Origin: Chrysomallon squamiferum
Lineage: Eukaryota > Animalia > Mollusca
Reading direction: 5' to 3'
NCBI GenBank assembly: GCA_012295275.1
Contig: CM022670.1
Location: 27,094,001-27,158,000 of the forward strand
Length of the DNA: 64,000 bases
A model generated the notes under the pieces. That model saw only the letters and a list, made by a program, of their open reading frames with translations. It ran no database searches and was not told the DNA's origin. This document shows positions 54,541 through 64,000 of this stretch, one piece after another (positions within the stretch are counted from its first letter, which is position 1; each line of letters begins with the position of its first letter). Made by a program: the position numbers and the translations under genes.

Positions 54541-56407
54541 TATATTATTTACTCTGTGAAGTAATACAAGAATGTATGCAAGTTTATGTAAGTTGTGTGT
54601 CTTTGGAAAGCCTCTTAAAACCAAAACACTGAATTAATATTATTTGTAGAAGTAATTTTCATTTAAATTAGTATATCATTCCTATCTGACCAAAGGATAT
54701 CATAAATGTGTAACAGACGCAATGAAATACTGTACAGTTTCTGTGGCTTAAAAACAGTATAATAATCACCATTTGATTTTTTGTTCAGTAAACTCTTGTA
54801 TTAAATGAAGATTATTTTTGCCAAAAATTTCCGATATAACTGTTCCAATTAAATGAACATCAAATCTTTCCCTGTAACATTCTTTGTGATTTTTGTTCAG
54901 TAGCTATCAGTAAAATGTTTTGAAAATATTACAAATTTATAGTATTACCTTAACTGTCATTAAATGAATATGTGTTGTAACGTCAAACCATTAGCATAGC
55001 AGAAACATAATAATGTAACTCCTGGAAGCAAATATTACTCCAGTACTAGCCTTGGCATCTATTTTTAAAAGCAGTATTAATTAATAAAATATATACAGTT
55101 ATACATAAGTTATATATATATAAAAAAGTCAGCGGTTTATTATTTACAAATTTTGGATGTTTTTCAACTTCAGTGAACATTTATATATATGTTTTGTTAT
55201 GGTCTGATTATAAACTGCATATATTTAATACTGAAATTTCAATACCAATAGTTTTGTATTCATTATAACTTAATAATCTAAGTATTTCTATCATTAAAAG
55301 TTTTGCTAACAATTTTCTGTAAATATAGATAAAAAAATTGTTAATAATTTAATGTACTGTATATGAATTTAATAAAATTTCCAAATTTCTTAGAATATTA
55401 AACCAAAATGTGTGAAGAAATAAAATAATTTGAGCATTACCATTTTTTGGGTACAGAATTTTGGTGTAGATTATGAAATCTGAAGTACCATCACTTCATG
55501 ATTATTAATTCATATAAAAATTATAATAATAAGAAATAATATATATATATATATGAAATTACAAATATTCTAACTACTTTATGGTTACTTGCATTACACT
55601 GGATCTTAGAATATCATATATGAGATTTAACTTTTATTATACCCAAGTTCAGTATCTTTAGAGTCAATTTATAAATTTTATCATTACGCAGAATTTTACA
55701 ACTTCGAGAGATATGTTAGACTGATTCATGCTTAACTATATTCTAATTATTACACACAAAAAAAGAGCATCAAGTTCAAACAAAACCCCTGGTATTTGTA
55801 TTTGCTCCAACTGGGTATTTTTTTACAAAGATGACTGGAACCAGTGGTTCTCTCATTAATTTTTAAATCAAATATAGTTTACTCTGAATTCTTTAGATTT
55901 AAATAAATCAATGTATTTTACTGTGTGAGATCTTATCTTTATGGTGGGCTACACTTTGATGTAACTAAGCAACAAGAATGAAGCTTCAGTAGAACTTTTA
56001 TGATAATCACATAGTTGTTGCCTGGTTGGTAACCAGGCACACTGTGAAATGGGCAATCATATGACCCCCATTTGTAAGAAATTTCGAATCAGAATGGTAT
56101 GGAGAATCATTTATGAATCGACAAGTAAATATCTGAATCAAATTTAAACTTCTGCTCAATACAAGACGGTATAAAGAATTCACATGATTTGAAAATACCG
56201 CCATCAATCAACACATATTAATAACGACAAGAAATAGCCTATGCTTTGAATCAATTCGCCATTTTTAACATACAACGACGAAGTTTTTTTTATTTTATTC
56301 GTATTGAAATTATCATTTTCTGTTAAAATCACATACATCTTTTAATAGATGTACAACAGCAACATGTCTACGAGATAGCTAGTGCTCAAATGAAAAATAA
56401 AAATCAC

Positions 56408-56800
56408 CTTAGGTCGAGTTGTTGGTGGGTAACAGTCGTCACAGCTACGGTGTCTATGGCGTTTATTCCTACGGCAACTGTTGCCAGCCTCTTCGCGTCA
56501 CCATTAAGAATATTCATACACGAACGCGTACGGAACTATAAGGTGAAACAGCCTAGGCGCCTTTAACCAATCATTGTTTGAGAAAAACACAAAACATTAA
56601 ATAAAATTATTCTAAATGCGGTTTAAACAAATTGATATACAAAACAAATTAAGCTTCTTATGCATTTATATGTGGGACTATATTTTATATCGCATATTTT
56701 TAATCCGCATCTGCAGTGGTTGCTTATGGGAAAGAAAGTTAAAAATGGCTGAAAGGCCGTTTTGGATAAAATGGCGTTCTTGACAACTGAGGCATTTCCG
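56408..56800 (-). promoter_or_regulatory. Putative RFX promoter and non-coding first exon
   Basis: CpG-rich island at about 56100-57460. Donor AAG|GTGATT at 56408/56407; the ATG exon has an acceptor at 53348. CCAAT 56567-56571, YY1-like AAAATGGCG near 56768, several X-box-like motifs. Confidence 0.6.
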
Positions 56801-57294
56801 ATATCGTTGTTCTACATTTAAATACATTGCTTACATGATAAGATGCGATGACTTTCAAAATAAATAGAACAATGTATAACAACGGCACAATGTTAAATAT
56901 AAGACTTAGTTCAGTGTTATTTTTATCAAATGGGTAAAGAGGTTACGAAACATATGCTCAAAAGCATGTTTACAATAAGCGATGACCTCTTGCGTCTTTT
57001 GCGCAGTCAGCATCGATTTGCAAGTTGTGACTTGTTATTGGAGCAAAGTTGGAGAGTTTGACTCATTGAGATTAGCATGATAAAATTACGAACCTAAAGT
57101 CATTTAACGTCTGAACCAGGTGTTCGGTATTGTGAAAATGTGTGCGTTTGTTTTCGAGTCATTACTTTGACATAATTACTGTTTAAAAAGTTGAAGAATG
57201 CCTTATTTAAAAAAATCAACTAAGTGGAAATAAATATATTTTTTTTTATTAAAAAAAAAAAAAAAAAAAAAAAATTGTTGTATAGAAGTAAAAA

Positions 57295-57560
57295 TAAATA
57301 ATATTCATTCATTTTAAATAACTTGGGTCACTTTTGTATACGTATAGGATAATAAAAAGCAAAAAGGTTCACCTCTTGTGACGTCTATTGCTATTAATCC
57401 GCTAAATACGTTGTGACGTCACCGTGCACTTGTAAGCAATGGCGGCGTTTAAATGTTAACCAAGTTTTATTATATATTTATTAATATTTTTTTTAAAGAA
57501 TATTATCCCATAAGTGTTTAAAAGTAACCCAAGTTATTTAAAATGTATTAATAATATATA
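57295..57560. mobile_element. MITE-like element with long terminal inverted repeats and CRE/YY1 motifs
   Basis: CATTTTAAATAACTTGGGTCACTTTT (57310-57335) versus AAAAGTAACCCAAGTTATTTAAAATG (57520-57545) is a 25/26 inverted match. Inner pair GGATAATA/TATTATCC; TGACGTCA 57414-57421. Confidence 0.75.
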
Positions 57561-60034
57561 TTAGTAATTCTTAAAAAAAAAACAAAAAAACAAAACGAAT
57601 AAATATAAAAAATAAGTTACCTTTACAAAATACCTTTAATTATTTAATATTTAATGATTCTCAGCTCTGTTAATCATGACACTTTTCAGTGAATGTTATT
57701 TAACTATATAGTGATGTATTTTTCTCTATACAAATAGTAATGTAACAGCATTAATAATAAGTTGAAACATTGAGAAAGTTATTTAAATTATCACCTGTCT
57801 AGGAAATGCTTATCTTTATACTGTATTCCTGTATTTTTCTATATTGCACCAACTTGACAAACAGTTCCACAGAATAAATCTGATCATGTTCAAATATATT
57901 GGCCATGTTCTGATACAGAAGCAAATGTACCCAAATGCATTAAAAATACAGTTAAGAAACATTGATCATAAAAACCTTAACTGGATTACTGGACATAAGA
58001 TAGGTTAACTGTATTTTTATAAAAATATCCAACAGTGATAATTTAACAAATTAGTTATTCCTTCCTTTAGTGGGTTTACATTTTGAGTATATTATATAGA
58101 AATTAATCCAGAATGAAATGTTTAAGTATGTTTAATATTAAACTTGCATTTCATGTTTCTAATTATTAAATTTACAATACTAACAGTGACTTAATAATAA
58201 TAATAATAATAATAATAAAATATTCTGAAGAGAGGAGGACCAGTATGCTTATGGTCGGGCAAAATGTTGGTACCAGTGTACAATTTTAATTTTAAAAATT
58301 TTATTTACTATTATTGTATTATTATTATTTTTTTTTTATCAATATTGATTTTCAGCAATTCATTTATAAGAAGGAAATAACTGAAAAACAAAATATATTT
58401 AATGACATTTTAAATTGTGACATGTCATATGCATGGTTAAAAACAGTACATGTAAGGAAAAGAAAGAATTTTTTATATTTATTTGGTAAATCAGCAGTGA
58501 AGGTTATTTTATATTCAATTTTGAATCAACCGAAAGCATATTTTACAGGTTCTGATAAACAGTGAGGACTGTTACTATGAACTGTCACTGAACTACTGCA
58601 TCAGTCCCCTCATCCACCCCACTTAGTGAAGATAATATCAACTGCAAGATAAAGAAATGGATATACTTTTTCACTGCAGAACATACTAAATTCCACCTGC
58701 TAAAAATAGTTTACTTAATAAAGTTGTTGAGATATAAATAAAATGGCATTTTGATCAATACCATAAAAAGAGCCCAAATACTATAGTGGTTTTCATTTCT
58801 ATTTTAATTCAATTATTGTTAAAAAAAAAAAAATGAATGAATAAAATAATAAAATTTAACCCTAAAATGGGGTTTCTGAACATGTTAATTTGTAATGTTC
58901 AGTACAGTGTTCTGTGTATATTACTTTACACTATATGAAAAACTAAAATATTTATTTCATACTAATGTAGAAAGAATTTTTTTTTAAAAAGAACACAAAT
59001 TACAAAATTTATGAAATGGGATATATTTCTGATTTATGGAAGATAAATTTTGTATTCATTATAACCATTTCTTTGAAAGATTTTCAATTTGATGATAGTA
59101 ATTTAACAATTTTAACTTCTGTTGTCTGTATGTCATTCAATAATTTTAAGTATCTCACAAAAAAGGTAAAAAACTTTTGAAAAGATAAATTTAACTTATT
59201 TAATTTGTACAAAAGGCAAACATTTTTTTAAAAAGTATTAATACTTATTACCAATTTAACCCTTTTAGCAAAATTGTTAACTGTTTATAAAATCAATGTT
59301 TATTAAACAGATTTGTATTGTTATTAATGCAGTAGTCCATTTTAATCTTTTATTTACATAGTACAGAAATAAACTGCTAATAAAAATTATAATCTAAATT
59401 CAGATGCAGGTGCTGAACAACTTATTTTAAGTTTCCCTATTAGTTGTGTGATGTAACATTTTGTAACAATGGAGAAGCTGCAAATGACAAAATAAAATAG
59501 TTTAAAAAGATGAATTTCCAAATAAGTAGTTGCATGTGTTTAATGTTTAGATGTGAAAACAAGAAGCTCTAAATTATATTAACAGTAATATTAATAATGT
59601 GACATTATGATAGACATTTTTCTTTCACTTTCATACTAATCATATTCATTCATTCCTTACCCACTGACTAGTATATTATTTTTTTTCCTGTTAATTGCTG
59701 TTAACAGTTTCAGACATGAAACGTTTAGTGCAATACAGTTATTATGATTTGTAAGAGAATGTAAATGTGATTTTAAAATATGTACAATTTACATGTCAGT
59801 ATACTAATTTTTGATTATACTGACCAGAAGCAAATAATGTAAAAACAAATATTATATATTACATATACATTTATATCTTAAAAGTTTCAGGCAGTGATAT
59901 ATATATAATACATATATATATATATGTCATACTGATGACATTTTATGCAAAGTAACGGGGAATATTCTCATATTTCATGACATTTTAAGGGGATACTTCT
60001 TAAAATGTTTCATAATTATACTCTCTTCCTTATT

Positions 60035-63000
60035 TCAGTAAATATTGTCTTTATATTTTCGAATGTTTTTAGCATTTATTGCTCCATATGCTGGATCCAA
60101 AAAAGGCTTCAGTATTTTAACACACTCGGGACTTAGTGACACATTCCTGGAAAAAGAAAAAAGAACTCTTGAAATAACAAAAACAAATTATATAGTTTAA
60201 TAAAATTTAAATTTCTCTATACAAAGCATTTAAATTTCACACAATAATACATTTTTTATTTGTCACAGCAATAACTTTCAATTAACAATTTTTATATTTG
60301 TACTAAAATAATTTTATTACAGTATACTCAGGCAAATTTTCAGTATACTGTACTCTTAACCAAATAACTTTTGTAGCATATACTATATGGATTTACTTGG
60401 ATTAAATTAGTTAAACTTACTTATCTAACACAATATTTAAATTTTTTAGAACAAAAGTAGCCTCTGTGCTTAGTCCATTATGACAGTGACTTGTAGTAAG
60501 TGATTTACATTTTCAAAATCAAAAGTCCACTGAAAAATTTCAAACTCACATAAGATGTTTGTCAAATGTGTCCACTATTCTGTGTATGCTGGTTTTTAGT
60601 GTCAGCTGTAAACGATACCGCAAAGATCCTTTTCCTGATGTTAACTGATCTTTATGGGACTGATGATGCACACTTGATGTCAGTTTGGAATATTTTTCAA
60701 CATTCTGCAACAGAGAGAGAAAAGAATCCATTATAAATCAATTTCAAATGCTTAAAAGCTAATAGAACATCATACACTTTCAAAATTAGCCCTTTTTTTT
60801 CTTTTTTTAATTTATATTCTGTAATAGTTGCATAATGGTGATGAGGGGGAAACAGTTGATCCACAATGAAAACATAATTTGAAAGAAATTTATGACTGTC
60901 AGTTTTTGAAAAAGCATATTCACAGCCTGAATTTGGTTGATGTCTGCCACAAGCCATCGAATAATGATCCACTAACATGATCCACTTTGAATGTAATGCT
61001 AATAAACATCAAATTCTAACTCTCACTTTTTACTGATTATAACGTAATTTCAAGAATAACAAATTCTACAAAATGTTACTTTTAAAAAAAAAACAATTAA
61101 AATTCTGCAGACAGAATGGGTTATTAAATCTATCAATTTTATTCATCAAAGTAATATTTTGTTCCCATGGTTACATCTGGAGTTAGATTGTGTGTAAGAA
61201 TGTACAGTTATCTGGAAAGAAACCAATGACAGCAAAAACTTGTTTAAGATTTGCTGATTACCATTAGTTGATCAAAACAGTAAATGATCAGGCATATTTT
61301 GTTTACATAATTCGACATATTACTGTAGTTATTTTTCTGTATTTGACATTATTTTGGTTTTCTAACTCCTATTTGTTTAGACAAGAAATTAGTGGAAAAA
61401 CAACAACAACCACAAACAAACAAACAAACACACACACACACACACAACATATATAATAATAACAATAAAACAGTAAATAAATATTTAAATTTTTCTTCTT
61501 TTTCTTATGATGAAATGTTACATCTGTATTTGGAATAATACTTAGATGTTTAAGATGACAGACAACTTACGTCATGTAATTTGAGTAAACTTGTGAGAAT
61601 GCTGGGAAGGGTTAGCTGAACTACACCAAACTGATCCTCTACAAAGGAAGCTGCTGCTAAGTATGATAATCCTGAAGGAATAAAAAACCAGTATTAATGT
61701 CAACTGCAAGTACATTTTAATATTAATATTTATTGTAACTTTAAAAACCCCAATTAAACAACATAATAATGACTTAAGAGAAAAACAACTGCTACATTAA
61801 TCTAAAGATATATTAAACATGGCTTAAACTAATGAAGAATCTATTTCATTAAAGAAAATCAATTTATCATTACCTTCAATGGCCCAAATTGATGTCTGGG
61901 CTTGGGCAAATAAGCTGTGACTTTTAGCATTTGGCAACTCATTGAAGAAATAACGTAAAATAGCATTTTCTTTAATAATTAGAGGAATCTGCAAATAAAG
62001 AGAAACAGAAAATATTTAAGTATTTTCTGTATTTGTGACTACTAACATTTTTGAAGTGTGTGAAATGTCACAAAAAAGTCTCTATCTTACTCTTTTAGAT
62101 TCAGTAAAATGAATGAGTTTTAAATTTTGTTTTACAAAATCATTATGAATAAAAACAAAATAAGCTACAAAAACAATTAAAAAAAAAAAAAATTTATGTA
62201 AATGTGAAACCTGACAACATCAAATATGTATAGGTAAGTACTTTGTTTTTCCAGGCTGGTTTTGACTTTGTTTCTTCTGAAGACACTGTTTTATCAAGTG
62301 CTGGTGCTGACAATGACATGGAAATATTTGGACCAGTTCTGTGAAGAAATGTACCACTAGCTGTGTATGCTGTAATAAATAAGCAAATAAATAGTTTAAA
62401 TAATACTTTTTTTTATATAAGAAAAATTAACTTGGAGGATTTGACATGAAAAAGACAACATTAATACAAAAAATTAAAAAAAGACACAGCTTAAAGAAAC
62501 ATTGGATAGCTGCATAATAAACCTATTAGCTGTTCTTTTTTTCTTTCTTTCATTTTAATAAATATTAATTAGCAATCAGATTATTTATCCAATTTTCTTA
62601 TGTTAATGCCATCAAATATATGTCTTAATTTTTTTCTACTTTTAATTAAAAAGAAAAATCTACTTTTTTGCTTTATATCATTATTTTCAACATTTTCATC
62701 TACTAAAAAAACAAAAAAAAAAAAAACCCTGCTGTTACCTGCTGAAGTTAAATGGTTATCTTTTGTAATAAATGGTTGTTTTAGTCGGAGGGCTGTAATT
62801 GCTTTCATGTTAGCAAGTTCAACCTGGGCTGTCAGTTTATCAATGTTTGTCAAACATGCTGATGACAGCTTTTTCCAGATGTGTGCATGACCACCTAACA
62901 AAAAAAAGAGAGTATGTCAGTTATTTTTTATAAAATCAATCTTGTTGAAAAAAAACCACCCTAAAAATCCCCACCAAAAAAAAAAACTATTAACAGCCTA

Positions 63001-63890
63001 CATAAGCATCAATGAAAAAGTACTCTGATTAAAGTATCAACATTAACAACAAAAAATAACACATCAAACAATTCTCTGTTCATTAACAGTTAAACCCTTC
63101 CTGCTGACAGGATTAAATTTTTTTTTAAATAATAAAAAAGGACTAGGCTTTAAGGAGGCAATAAAAATAGACATACACATTCATGAGGATCATATAAAAA
63201 AATAACAAAGTGTTTCTCACCAGGCTGACTCAAACTAAACACCTCACTCCTTCTCCAAGGTGAAAACTGTGACAAATGACTAACATCCAGAAAACCTAAA
63301 TACTAATCAAAAAATATATCAATAAATATATAACTGGGTTTTCTAACTGATAAAACTTTCTTTTTTTAATTTTCCAAAAATAAAATAGCATTTTTTATAA
63401 TCAGAAGATACTGAATAATATATTGCTTTTCTGAAATAATAATAATAAATAAGCATCAATAAAAACTTTCAAAATAAGATACAAATAATATTAATTTTTA
63501 CTCTCCAATATTGTTTTGCTTGAATTTTTTATTTTAAATTTAATTTTTTTTTTTGTAAATGTCATATGAATGTATGTATTCTCACTCACCATTTTTTACA
63601 TATGTTAATAAATGTGCTACACTGTTTATTTTGTTTGTACAGAAATGATAACAGCCTGCCAACTCCTGATTTGACAGTTTCTAAATTGTGCTTTTTTCAA
63701 TTTATAACATACTGAAACAAATTATCCATGTGTGTATGTATGTGTGTGTGTGTGTGTGTGTGTGTACATATATAAGACACACACACATTAAACTTACCTG
63801 CAGAAGCAGAACATCTTTTGCTGACAAAGCATCGTTGAGGCACCTATCTCGACCTGCTGGTGTAATGTGTACTATCTGAAAGGTGTAATG
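60035..63890 (-). CDS. NDC1: Nucleoporin NDC1 (TMEM48), C-terminal 8 exons; 5' part outside the window
   Basis: complement(join(60035..60146,60550..60704,61571..61671,61874..61988,62242..62369,62739..62894,63221..63302,63798..63890)); phases consistent. Motifs [55 protein letters not shown] and [16 protein letters not shown] match the NDC1 C-terminal domain as I recall it from human. Confidence 0.93.
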
Positions 63891-64000
63891 CTGAAAGAAA
63901 ATTATTATTTTATTACTAACTTCTGAAATTTCAAAACTAATGTCCTAGTAAAATTAATTAGGGTGACAGGATTTAGTGTAATGATGAATTTACTTTAGAA

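Overview
AT-rich, microsatellite-rich metazoan genomic DNA with spliced genes, probably from an invertebrate (a lophotrochozoan/mollusc is my inference, not proven). Most entries in the ORF track are microsatellite or intron artefacts. Manual splicing on the minus strand gives four co-oriented genes: the 3' part of nucleoporin NDC1 (8 exons, 60035-63890), a complete RFX1/2/3-type transcription factor (15 coding exons, 798 aa, 40069-53334), and two tandem SLC31/CTR copper-transporter paralogues (244 aa at 23546-28067; 195 aa at 5086-9856). A fifth gene probably starts near 1.5 kb and runs off the left edge. Several non-autonomous DNA transposons are present. Main points of interest: (1) both CTR paralogues lack the Met normally found about 20 residues before TM1, have His clusters there, and share long cytosolic tails with an EQxLL motif; (2) the paralogues sit in opposite CpG regimes, and two copies of one Tigger-like element act as an internal control for this; (3) X-box-like motifs cluster at the putative RFX first exon; (4) CRE/YY1-bearing palindromic elements lie upstream of two genes. 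All coordinates were read by eye and no database search was run.
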